From Naegleria gruberi (Eukaryota), in assembly GCA_000004985.1 (NCBI GenBank), contig GG738861.1: a stretch of 64,000 bases of DNA; one strand, written 5' to 3'. The position numbers and the translations under genes were made by a program. This document shows, in pieces, positions 34,553 through 47,000 of this stretch. The notes under the pieces were generated by a model. It searched no databases. It was not told where the DNA came from and was given only the letters and a program-made list of their open reading frames with translations. Positions within the stretch are counted from its first letter, which is position 1; each line of letters opens with the position of its first letter.

Positions 34553-36505
34553 ATGGTCTCAAAAATAGGTATGGATTCAAGAAACTTTCCAACTTTTCTA
34601 ACACAATGAATCTGTCATCATCATTCACAATATATATTTACATATAATATTACTAACAATACTAATAATATTATAATACTTGATAATATTTACAAAAACA
34701 ATATTATAGGACAATATCAATTATATCAAACACTTGGTAAAGGAAACTTTTCCAAAGTTAAATATGGACAAGATATGAATGATGGAACAACGTGGGCTAT
34801 TAAAATCATTGATCGTAAAATGATTCAACAGGAAAATTTGGAATCTCAACTGAGACGTGAAATTGCCATTATGAAATTATTATCACATCGACATGTTATT
34901 AGATTACGTGAAGTTTTACAATCACCTAGTAATATTTATATTGTTTTAGAATTGGTTACTGGTGGTGAATTGTTTGATCGTAGGTTTTTTTAACAATGTA
35001 TTTCATCATCATTATCATTTTAATTATTTATTTAATTATTATTATTATTTTGTATGATGATCATTTTCATTCCGATGATGATCATCATCATGAATATTTT
35101 ATTTATTGATGTGATGAAAATATTAAACAAATGATAACTATCGGATATGATTTACTAATTAAATTAATAATAATTAATAATAATTAATCATAATAATAAT
35201 TATGAATACATATGATAATAATATATAATAGGTATTGTAAAGGCTAAAAGATTTGATGAATGTCAATGTAGAAAATATTTCCATCAACTCATTTCAGGAA
35301 TTCACTATTGTCATGAACAAGGTGTATCACATAGAGATTTAAAACCTGAAAATTTATTATTGGATGATAAGGATGTTTTGAAAATTAGTGATTTTGGTTT
35401 GAGTGCTTTATGTGTTGGAGCAGGTGATTCAAAAAAGATGTTAACTACTACATGTGGTACTCCAAATTATGTTGCACGTATGTAATATTTATTATTTTAA
35501 TAATTAATTATTGAGATTTACAATAATATTTAATATAATATTTTCATTTACAAACATATTTCAATTGTCGTAACAAAAAAACAGCTGAAGTATTAATGGA
35601 AAAAGGGTATGATGGTAAAAAAGCTGATATTTGGTCATGTGGTGTAATATTATATGTCATGTTGTCTGGTCACTTTCCTTTTTCAGCTGATTCCATACAA
35701 GGTAAGCAGTTTTGAATTCAAAACATTAATCTATTTATTTTTCTTAAAAGAATTATTTAAAAAGATTAAGAATGGAGAATATAATCCATTTCCTGAATAT
35801 TTTTCATCGGATGCTAAAGATTTAATTAGAAGAATGTTGGTAGTTAATCCAGATTTTAGAATTTCAACAGAGAGTGTACTGAAACATCCGTGGTTTACTC
35901 AGGAGGAAGAATACAATTTATCATCATCATCATCACCAACATCAAGTTTAATTTCTACTGAAGGTTTAATTTCTGAAAATTTAACACAGGAACAAATTGA
36001 TAGTTCAGTTAAGGAGTGTGCCAATGAATCTGTTCTATCATCTGAACCAAATTTGGTAGAAAAGAAAGTACTATTGAATGCATTTGATTTGGCTAGTATA
36101 ATGATGAGTGGTATTGTTAATCCACTCGTTCAAAGAGTTACCACTAATCAAGTAACTATTAGACGTGAAACTAGATTTATTGCAGGAGGAGATAAGCATT
36201 CAGTTTTGGAAAAAATCAAATCAACTCTATCAGATGTTTTACAAGTTAAAGTTTCAACGACACACTTAGGTGATTCTAAACTTTCACAACAAAATAGTGA
36301 TCATAATTTTGCAGATTTGAAATGTTTTGCTACTATTCAACAAGTTGGATTAACTTTTAGTGTTAAAATTGAAGCTACTCAAGGCGGTTTTTGTCTGGTG
36401 GAATTTAGAAGAGGAAAAGGAAGCATTATTGATTATAATAACTTGTACAGACAAATTTTGAATGCTCTCCCTGATTTGGTAATGTCACAATCATCAGAAC
36501 AATAA
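34553..36505 (+). CDS. SNF1-related / CIPK-like Ser/Thr kinase with NAF-like motif; exons 34553..34568, 34710..34979, 35232..35477, 35585..35701, 35751..36505
   Basis: [48 protein letters not shown]. The C-terminus has [14 protein letters not shown] (NAF/FISL-like) and a KA1-like end. Four introns; phases check. Confidence 0.7.
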
Positions 36506-37083
36506 TTATTCCAAATCAGCTCCATGTAATTCCAATAATTTTACTAGTGCTGAATTTCCCTTCTTTACTGCCCAAAACATTGCTGTCTAAATTGTTATTT
36601 TGTAAACTATACCAAATTATAAATACTTACTTGCTATTTTTGAAATATTAGAAATTAAAATATACTCATTCTACTTACACCATTCTTATTCTTCATATTC
36701 GGATCCATTCCTGATTGTTCCAACCATTCCTTTACTAATTCAATTTTACCAAGGCGAGCAAGATCCACAAATGAATCTGCCATCATTTCCTTTGAGACTT
36801 TATCCTTAATCTTTTCAAATTCATCTTGAATTGTTTTTGTTAAAAAGTTTCCTTGCTCATCCGCAAAGGCAAGACTGTCCTTCCTCGTTCTAATAAAGTC
36901 TCTAGTAGATTGAGGGGAAATATCGAGAGGATTGTCAAAATTAGGTGTTCTTGGTCGGGAGGCACTCTTTGGTCTTGTTGATTCATTTTGTGTTCCAAAT
37001 TTGAAGGCTTCCAATGATGATGAGGCTGAATCAGTGTTATTGATTGTAGTTATTGGAGATTTGCTTAATGGTGGTTGTTGCAT
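36506..37083 (-). CDS. Small ankyrin-repeat protein; exons 36679..37083, 36506..36586
   Basis: ARLGKIELVKEWLEQSGMDPNMKNKNG|TAMFWAVKKGNSALVKLLELHGADLE is ankyrin-repeat-like. GTAAGT..AG intron. The stop codon abuts the stop of the convergent kinase gene. Confidence 0.5.
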
Positions 37084-37245
37084 TTTTTATTTTTAAAAAC
37101 CTCAACAGCCATCAAATATATATTGAGCGGTAAAATGTTCATCCAAAGAGTTCTTTCATCTCTCATTGATATTTTCTTAATAGTTTTTTTATGAAATATT
37201 GCAAATACAATTCATTCTTTTGACACAATACATGTATGTCATTTA

Positions 37246-37922
37246 GGATATCCCTTCCACCCGATGCTGGTTTGGATTTGTTCAAAATCGAAAATTTTTT
37301 GGCCTGGATTTTTCAGATTGCCACAAGCGAAAAACGGGAAATGGTCTTCTAATTCAACTTCTATTTGGAACATCAAATGAATAATAAAATTAAATCATGA
37401 TGACAGTAAATTCTCAACGAATTACTTTCATAATGGGACATATCTGTATCAAACACTATGTGCTGTATGGTGTATTGAGTTAATCCTACTACAGCCATGC
37501 ATTTTGGTAGGTAGGCCTACCATTACAGCTTATTACATCATCATTTCATAGATGTTGATAATTGACTAGGTGATTGTTGCTGTCTCAAATCTTGAGATGA
37601 ATTTTGTCGATCAAGTGCATCAAAAAATTCATTATATCATAAGTACCTTGCCCATAAGTTGATACTTTACTTCTTCCATCATCTCAAGTCTAAATCATAA
37701 CTTTGATCTCATCATTTTGAGAAATAAATATCTTCGTGTAACGGTTTTTCGAAGCGCCAATAAATTGGAAAAATATTATTTTTTATTCATTTGATGAACC
37801 AAATAGAAGTTGAATTAGAAGACCATTTCCCGTTTTTCGCTTGCGCCGATACTGAAGGGTCTGAGCGTGGCTGATGAACAAAAAGTCTGAGCATCGGGTG
37901 GAAGGGATAATTTAGGATATCC
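37246..37922. repeat. Inverted-repeat element (MITE-like / foldback), ~677 bp, non-coding
   Basis: Ends GGATATCC (37246-53 and 37915-22). Perfect inverted blocks: 37250-37268 vs 37890-37908 (19 nt), and 37325-37368 vs 37799-37842 (44 nt). About 420-bp AT-rich centre with no ORF. Confidence 0.6.
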
Positions 37923-37978
37923 ACATTAATTATTTTTTAAATATTTTAAAATTTCTATTTTAATTATTAGTAAAAAAA

Positions 37979-38491
37979 ATGAACGTACGTAGAGCTAGAG
38001 TTGCCGACTTGTTCGCAATGCAAAATTGCAACTTGAGTTGTCTTCCAGAAAATTATCAAATGAAATATTATTTATATCATGCCTTGTCTTGGCCACAATC
38101 ACAATATATTGCTGAAGATCGACCAGGTCATCTTGTCGGATATGTCATGTCTAAAATGGAGGAAGAATATGATGAAAAGTTTGATTATCCTCATGGTCAT
38201 ATTACAAGTCTTTCAGTTCTCCGATCACATAGAAAATTAGGTATGGCTAAAAGATTGATGAATATGGCACAAGGAGCTATGCAAGATTCATATGGAGCAG
38301 CCTACGCTAGCCTTCACGTAAGAAAGAGTAATAATGCTGCCATTTCATTATATCATAATACATTAGGATTTGAAGAGTTTGAAATTGAAAAGGGATATTA
38401 TGCTGATAAAGAAGATGCCATTGATATGAGGAAGAAATTCCGAAGTGATGTTGATTTTAATAAGAAGAAACAAAGTAAAAAGAAAAAGTAA
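37979..38491 (+). CDS. N-alpha-acetyltransferase 10 (NatA catalytic subunit, ARD1 homolog)
   Basis: [40 protein letters not shown]...[23 protein letters not shown] is a near-canonical NAA10 GNAT core. Single exon. Confidence 0.8.
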   Translation: MNVRRARVADLFAMQNCNLSCLPENYQMKYYLYHALSWPQSQYIAEDRPGHLVGYVMSKMEEEYDEKFDYPHGHITSLSVLRSHRKLGMAKRLMNMAQGAMQDSYGAAYASLHVRKSNNAAISLYHNTLGFEEFEIEKGYYADKEDAIDMRKKFRSDVDFNKKKQSKKKK

Positions 38492-38828
38492 ATTAATGAA
38501 TTTATCAACCTTATTATAATATTACTATAATATTACTATCATCGTTTTACATTGATCATAACATGAACATAATCACGTTTTTCTGTGTTGTTCCATATGA
38601 CTTTCAGTATTGATTCAAAGTTGGGGAGTTTCTATTGGGAGAGAAATACGGAGTTTAAAAAAATTAAAAAATCTTTCAAAGGCTTTGCTACTAGTACTCA
38701 TCACTACTGACCATTTGAAAGTCAATACGAAGAAGAAGAAGGATTTTAAATTGATTGGAATTATATATAATCTCTCTGTGTATTTTAAAATAACAACAAC
38801 AATAACAACAATAACAAATAATAACGAG

Positions 38829-39959
38829 ATGGAAGACGATGAAATTTTACATTATAGTACAACTCATGATGAAGTTCTTGATCCAACTTTATCAATGAAT
38901 ACCATCGGTGGTGGTAGCAGTAGTAGTGGTGGAAATGGTATAATGATGATGAATGGAGATGTAACAACACAATCCAATCAACCAAGTAACAAGACTAATA
39001 ATCACCTCTATAAAGTACTTGTTGTTGGTGATTATGCTGTTGGAAAAACAAGGTAAATTTATTTAAATTAATATTGATAATCTCATGATGAGGAAATTAG
39101 TTTGATTCGGAGGTATTGTACAGGAGAGTTTACAAGCAATTATCGTATAACTATTGGAGTTGATTTTTGTTTAAAACATATAGATTGGAATGAAAATACA
39201 TCAGTTTCTTTACAATTATGGGATATTGCTGGACATGAAAGATTTGGGGTAAATATATTCAATTATATATTCAATTTTATATTCTAAATATTTAAATTCA
39301 ATCAAATTGATTATTTGGAATATTTTCAAAATATATTTAATCATAATAATACATAATCATAATCATAATAATAGGGTATGTGATTGTTAATTATTATTAG
39401 TATAATAATAATGATAATAATTGAAATATATTAGCCATGACAAGAGTTTATTATAAATATGCTATTGCAGCAGTTGTTTGTTTTGATATTTCAAGACCTT
39501 CAACTTTGGATAATGTTAAAAAGTGGAGAGATGATATTAATTCTAAAGTAGTTTTACCAGATGGAGTTACACCAATACCAATGATTTTGTTAGCTAATAA
39601 GTGTGATTTACCAGAAATTACAATCGATAAAACAAAGATGAATAAGTTTGCAAAGGAAAATGGATTTATTGCTTGGTTTGAAACATCAGGTAAGTGCATT
39701 TAGTGACTTTTTTATTTTGAAACTTTACATAGCAAGAAAGAATGTGAATATTGACACTGCATTCCACTTTTTGGTTTCTCATATCATGAAAATTACAAAA
39801 AATATGACACTTCAAACACAAGGTCAAAATAATTTAGGAGATCATAAAAAAACAGAACTGAACGTGGTTGGAGCAACACAAAACAGTAATTTTGATAAGA
39901 ATGATAAAGATAAGGAAAATGAAACAACTTCATCAAACAAGAAGGGATGTTGTTACTGA
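38829..39959 (+). CDS. Rab32/38-subfamily small GTPase; exons 38829..39052, 39101..39248, 39435..39689, 39733..39959 (exon 2/3 junction out of phase by 1 nt)
   Basis: LYKVLVVGDYAVGKT|S LIRRYC...WDIAGHERF ... MTRVYYKYAIAAVVCFD...LLANKCDL...ETSA. The WDIAGxERF variant is diagnostic of the Rab32/38/29 group. C-terminal GCCY. The G-run at 39246-39249 makes the exon 2 to 3 phase inconsistent. Confidence 0.7.
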
Positions 39960-40086
39960 GCTCTGTAAATAAAACAATTTATCAAAAATTGAAGTTTTCC
40001 AATTTCCTCAATCAGCAAACCTATAACATGTGATCAAATATTATTTTCAATATGAATTAAAGCAAATGACTGAACTTAACAGAAAT

Positions 40087-43000
40087 TTATCTATTTAAAA
40101 ATTCTGAAATGATACGTCTATGTGCAATATCTCCAAAATGATGTCGATCAGATCCATTATAAATTGTAATAAATCTGGTTGTTAAGAGTTCAGAAGGATT
40201 CATTCTATCTACTGGATTCTTTTCTAAACATGCCTTAANNNNNNNNNNNNNNNNNNNNNNNNNNNNNNNNNNNNNNNNNNNNNNNNNNTGAATAAACATC
40301 ACAAGGGAAACTATGACTTGTATCTGAACAAATTAATCTTTCTGGACTCATATAACTAGCAGTACCTTGAAATGTATTTGCATGTGTTTTGTTTTTCAAT
40401 ATTGATGCCATCCCCCAATCGGCTAATTTAACAAAGCCATCTGAATTGAGTAGAATATTTTCAGGTTTAATATCTCTATGAAGTATATTCTTGTTATGAG
40501 CAAATTGTAAACCCATTAATAATTGACAAGCAGCTAAACTTAAAATATTTTCTGGTATTTTATCATTAATACTACCTTTTAAACAATCTTTAAATGTTCC
40601 TCTATCCATAAATTCCAATAAAATATAAAGAGTTTTATCTTCAATGAAATGATAACTATCAATTATACTACAAATATATGGACAAATTTTACATTCTACA
40701 AGACAATTAAATTCTGCTTCAATCATTTTAGTTGAATTTTTATCATCATTCTTATCTAATTTAATTTGTTTTAAAGCATATAATTGTCCTGTTCTATTAT
40801 TTGAACATTTTATAACTGAAGATGAAAATCCACTTCCTAATTCTTCCATTATTAATAAATCATTCCAATTAATATTCTTATTAAATTTTGTAACTCGTTT
40901 CTTTGATTTTGATGTATTTGATGATGATATAATTGAAATGAAATGATTAATAGATTTTCCACTTAAACTTCTATTTGAATTAGATATAAAATTTAAATGA
41001 TTAACAGATTTTGTATTATTATTATTATTATATAATTTTGAAGAATTATTATTAGAAATAGTACCAATGGGTGATGGTGATGTATTATCTAATATTTGAA
41101 CAACTCCATTTTCATTACATTTAAATTTATCAGATATTAAATAACTTCCACTTTCAGTATAATTTGATTGAAGTTTAAATTTAATACTTGCTTGCTGTTC
41201 TTGTTGAATGATGGATGGTTTTGGTTCATTATGTTTTTCTAATACTAAATTTCCAACCATGTGTTTTTTTCTATTCTTTTTCTGTTTTGTTTGTTTTTTA
41301 CTAGTATTACTAGTTGTTGTTGTTGTTGAATTATTATTATTATCATTATCATTATTATTAGTAATAGTAGTGGTAGTAGTTAAAGTGTTATTATTATTAT
41401 TAGTAGTAGTTTCAGAAGAAAATGATTGATTGGATGATTTTGAATGTTTTGGAGTGGTACTTGATTGTTTGGGTATTGAAAATAAATCATCATCTTCATT
41501 TCCATCATCATCAGCACTGATATCAAACATGTTATCTGATTGAAGTGTTGTAAAAGTGTTGTGATCTTCTTGTTTAGTTTGTGGAATATTAAATATATCA
41601 TCATCATTAACATCACATTGTAATGATGTTAATGATGATTTCTTTTTCTTAGATGGAGTACTAGTTGTTATTGAAAATATATCATCATTTAAAAGATGAT
41701 TTCCAGATGGAATATCAAATATATTATCAGATTCAATTCCTTTACAAGATTTTGAAGATGGAATATCAAATATATTATCAGATTGTAAATTATTACTACT
41801 TGATGGAAAATCAAATAAATCATCTGATGATTGTAAATTATTTAAAGTAGATGAAACATCAAATATATTATCAGATTGTAAATCACCTTCTCTACTACTT
41901 GATGGTATATCAAATATATCTTCAGATTGTAATCCTTCAGATGAACTTGTCGTCGTCGTCGTTGTAGGTGTTATATATTCCGTTACATTTTCATCACCTC
42001 CATTACCACCATCACCACCAATACCACCACCACCACTATTATTCCAATTTATATTCCTATTCGAATTCGAATTCAAATTATTAGAATTATTAATATTGAA
42101 AATATCTTGCATTGCATCTTTTGTATTTCTTACAGTAAAATCATTATCATCATATTCTTTAATTGGAGTATTGAAATGAATATTCTGTGGAGGTTTAGGT
42201 TGAGACATTCTTTGAAATTCAATAATTTGTGAAGGTTTTAATCCATCTTCATTTGAACTATTTGAATAATTTGAATAAGATCTCTTTCTTTGGAAGGTAA
42301 CTTCTTGTTTTGGTATTGAAAAGAAATCATCATCTTGAACCACAAATCTTTTACTAGGCGTTGTTGGTTCATCAAATATATTTGAATTAATAGAATTATT
42401 ATTATTAGAAATATTACTATTCTTATTATTACTATTACTATTACTATTATTAGAAATATTACTATTTTTAAAATTATTCTTAAATCTATTCGAAGGCTTG
42501 AAATAAGAATCCTCTTCAACACTCGACCTAGAAGTATCAAATATAATTTCATTAGTTGCTGCAATTTCATTATCACTCGATGCTATTATTAATTGATTAT
42601 GATTTCCTTTTCTTTTAGATCGTTGTTCTTTATAAAATCTTTTAGCCTTCTTTTCATACTTTTTCTTATGAAAATTATGTTTCTTCTTATTTCGTATTAT
42701 ATTTACATTATTCTTTGGAGATGATGAAAGTAGTGTACAATTTTGTTGTTGTTGTTGATGTTGATTATTATAATTAGGATTTAAATATTGTTGTTGTTGT
42801 TGTTGTTGATGATATTGATGATGATGAGTATCATAAATCTTCTTTTGTATTTGATTTTGAATCATCATATGAAGGAGTGGAGATGAAGACATTGGAGAAG
42901 TTGAAATATTATTATTATTATTACTATTAATTCTCTTATTGGTATTGGTATTATTAATAATTGAAATGTTTCCAGTTGTTGTTATTGGTGGTGGTGAAGA

Positions 43001-43486
43001 TGATAATGGAAGAGGAGTATAAATAATACCGGGACTATTAAATAATCTATTATTTGTATTACTAATAGTGCTAGTACTAGTACTATTACTACTATTAGTT
43101 AAAGTATTACTATAATCTTCAATTATATCTTCATAATTATCATCATTGAGTGAAGTAAATGATGAAACTCCAACAGGATTAATATTAGGAACACTGAACA
43201 AGTCACCACCATCTTCCTCATCAATTACTGTAATTAGAACTGGATTCGGAGGTGTTATTTGTTGTTGTTGTTGTTTGTTCTTTCTATATTGTCTTGAACG
43301 TTGTTTTTTATACCATCTCCTCTTTGTATGAATCATGGCATGTTGATGATGTTGATGATGTTGGTGACCATTGTGATGATGATGATGATTTAATCTATTA
43401 CTTGAAGATGATTGATTAATTGGAGGTGATGTTTCATTGTTCGTTGAATAATCATGATCGAAAAAATCGTTGGGTGGAAGAAGCAT
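40087..43486 (-). CDS. MAP kinase kinase (STE7/MEK)-like kinase with ~780-aa low-complexity N-terminal region; interrupted by assembly gap
   Basis: Kinase domain at the C-terminus: LGSGFSSSVIKC...YALKQI, HRDIKPENILLN, DWGMASILKN...TFQGTASYMSPERL (MAP2K activation-loop style). N-terminus is N/S/T/Q/H-rich. Ns at 40239-40288 fall in the kinase domain. Confidence 0.6.
40239..40288. other. Assembly gap (50 N)
   Basis: Run of n characters. Confidence 0.95.
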
Positions 43487-44010
43487 ACGTTTTTTTTAAA
43501 TATATAATATTATTATTTGAATTTAAAGTGTAAGTAATAATAACATTCAGATTGTAACAATAAGAAATATTGATGTTTGTTTGTTATTTCCAACTCAATT
43601 CAATAGTGAATTGTTCTATTTATTAGTTCCAGAATTGTAAATCTGAATACACAAACAATACTGCTCCAGATTGGTTGTGGATGAAGATGGATTATGGAAA
43701 GTGTGTGGTGAAAAATTAACATCCAAACAATGTGATGCAAAGATTGATTGTTTAGGGATTCCATAAGCAAATATCATATTCTATTATTCCATGGACATTA
43801 CAATCCTGTAAAACAAATCACACACAAGCTGCAACTTGAAAAAATGATTTCAGAATAAGGGTTCTGAATTTGAGAATTGCGTTTCTTACTTAAATTGTGT
43901 TCTACACAGTAAAAGTTTAGATAACTACTGCAATAATATATGTCAAGTTATTTTTTGAAAATGTTTATTCAAGTACTTATTGAATTATTTAATTTACAAT
44001 AATTTTATAA

Positions 44011-47000
44011 TTATTGAGGTTTCTTATTAATGTTTACATTCAAGTCAATACGAACAGGTCTTCTTCTACCACCACCACTACCAATATCTTCTCTATATTG
44101 AATTGGACGTTGTCTTGGTGCACTAGTATAATTACGAACAATTGGTTGTTGTTGTTGTTGTTGTTCTTCAACTGGTTGTGGAGTAGTAGTTGGTTGTTGT
44201 TGTGATGGTTGTTGAGTAGTAGGTTGTTGTTCTTGTTGAGCTGGTTCAGTACTAGTTGGTGTCATATCTTTACCAGTATCAGATTTAATTAATTTAACAA
44301 GTCTTGAACATAAATGTTTGTAATTTGAACAAATCCAATTAACAATAGCTTGATTACCTGATTTGTAAATAGAAATTGGAATCTTTTCTAAAACTCTTGT
44401 TCTAATTTGAAGAATTTCTTCAGGTAAATTTCTCAAATATTCAATTCCAACTTGTTCCATTACTGATTTTGGTAATCTCTTTTGTAAAACTTCAGTTGAC
44501 CAAACATGTGTAAATGCACTTTTAGGTGGATTGAAATCAGTCTTCTTATTATATCTATTTGGTAAATGTTCAATGAAATGTTTCAAATCTTCAGGTGGAA
44601 CTGTTAAGATTTCATTTGGAATTTTAGCTCTATCTTCCATCTTTAAATGGAAATATTCATCAGGTAAATGTCTTAATTTTTCAATTCCAACTTTTTCTAA
44701 AACTTCTTGTGGAACATGTTCTCTTAAAAATTCACTTGTCCATGCTTTGACTTTTTGAGTAGTGACAGGTCTCTTTAAACTTTGCTTACTTGGTTTTGGT
44801 GGTTTACCTCCTGAAAGTGGAATTCTTTCAGCTTTAGGTCCAAACATTGACTTGTATTGACTTGTCTTTTTAGCCCAATCTCCAACTCCCTTCTCTTGAG
44901 CAATCTTTTGTAATTCTTCAGGTGAATCAACTTTAGATTTCAAATTGGCAAGTTCAGGAATATTATTTTGATAACCTTCTGGATTTTTAGCTGCACTTTC
45001 TGCTTTTTGTTGTTGTTCTTCCATTGTTGGTTGTTGTTGTTCTTGTTGTTGTTGTTGAGATGATTGATCATTTGAATTAGTAGCATCTGATGATGGTTGT
45101 TCTTGTTGTTGAGATGATTGATCATTTGAAGGAGATCTTTGTGAAGTGAATTCTAATTTCTTTGAATCATTATCAGATGGTTTATAATTACCAGCACCAA
45201 TACATTTTTCAAATAATGTCTTGACGTAACCTTTAGTTTGTTGTCTGAAGAATTTCCATTCCTTCTTCCATTTCATAAAGGCAGCAGTTAAACCAACATC
45301 AAATGTAACACCATCTAATTTATGTTGTAACATGGCACATAAATTACATTTTTCAAAGGCTAAACGTGGAACAATTCTATAAGTAATAGTTGCTTTCAAA
45401 TAGACTCCTACTTTAGCAACTGGAATACCTACATTGGCACTACCTGTTACACTTAATGAAATGTATGGTTCTACACTTGCACTAGCTTCTAACTTTTCAA
45501 CACAAACACCATATCTTAATTCAACTCCCATATTTAATGCAACATCTATTTTTAATTTAATTTAAATTAAAATTAAATATTAAAAAAATTAAAATTAAAA
45601 TATTAATAAATTAATAAATTAAATTAAATTAAAAAACATACTAAAATTGAAATTAACAGGAATAGGACCAATACTAAATTGATAATGATAATCAACAAGT
45701 TTAGGGAATCTCTTTTCAATGAGTGGTTTAGTTTCACTGAAACATGCTTCAATAATCTTTCTAATACGTTCAGGTACAAAATTAGTATTAATAAATGTAG
45801 TTTGAAATACTTTAACATAAACATTATCATTAATTGGTTGATCAGGTCTTTTTGTTAACTCTGCACTTGCATCAATAACAACTAATTCCTTCTTAAATAA
45901 TTTAGCATACATATTAGCTTTAGCAAGTAAAACAAAATCAAATCCTGTCTTTTCTGCACTACATTCAAATGATGCACCAGCATATACTAATATTATTGTA
46001 ATAAATTAAATATATTATTAATAAATTTTAATAATATAATAAATATATTAAATATATTAATAAATTAAAATATTAATAAATAAATTAATTAATAAAAATA
46101 AAACAAACCTAAAAATCCCATATACATATGTACAGCATTAGTTCCCAATAATTTTTCAAATGAAAAATGTTTAGCCTTCTTAATATTACTTAAATCACCT
46201 TGTTTTCTAACAAATTCAATCATACCAGGATGATACAAACACAATTGATCATCAGATTTAACACTCACTTGCATACAGGCTTTTTGATTTTCAAATTTAG
46301 CAGCTGAAAAGTAATATTTAATCTTTTCAACAATCTTTTTAACTGCATTAATAGCTGCAAGTATTTTATCTTTAATCCAATTAACTGCTTTAACAACTCC
46401 CTTGGCTATATTTTAATTATTATTATTATTATTATTATTTTAATATTATATTGTAATATTGTAATGTTATGATATTGTAATGATATTGTAATGAAAAGTG
46501 TTAAAATTTAGAATAAACATACCAACTGCTTTAGCAATTCTACCAATGGAACGACCAACTTTACGTGCAATATTCTTAATTCTAGAACCGAGTCTTCTCA
46601 AATGACCACCCACACGTCTAGCAGCTCTCCTAATAGCAGAACCAACTCTACGGAAAGCTCTTCCCAATCTTCTAAAGAATCTTCTGAATAGAACATTTTG
46701 TTCAACATCATGAATTGAATCCAATAATTCCATATCATCTTCTGATAATAAATTAGATAGAGTATTACTAGCATGTTGTTTTTTCAATGATTGTTGATAT
46801 AATTTCTTCATTGATTGTTTCTTATTTGGTCGAGAGAGTTTTAACATTTTAGCTAATTCATCACCTGCTTGATCTGTACCAACAGTGTATAGATAATTTC
46901 TGATGGAAGTTCTAATTTCTTCATTCTTTGATTTTCTATGAAGTGAAACAACATGTGGAATGGATTGTCCTCTTCTCAAATGTTTCTCTCTCTCAGATTG

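Noticed and set aside
41208-42576. Several small ORFs (poly-V/L/I) opposite or out of frame in the MAP2K-like N-terminal region
   Set aside because: Artefacts of AAT/AAC/ACA-rich low-complexity coding DNA.
45619-46274. Track ORFs 45619..45912 and 46089..46274 as separate small genes
   Set aside because: They are internal exons (read through into introns) of the 44011..49136 gene. The phase-1 GT..AG junctions link all four pieces.
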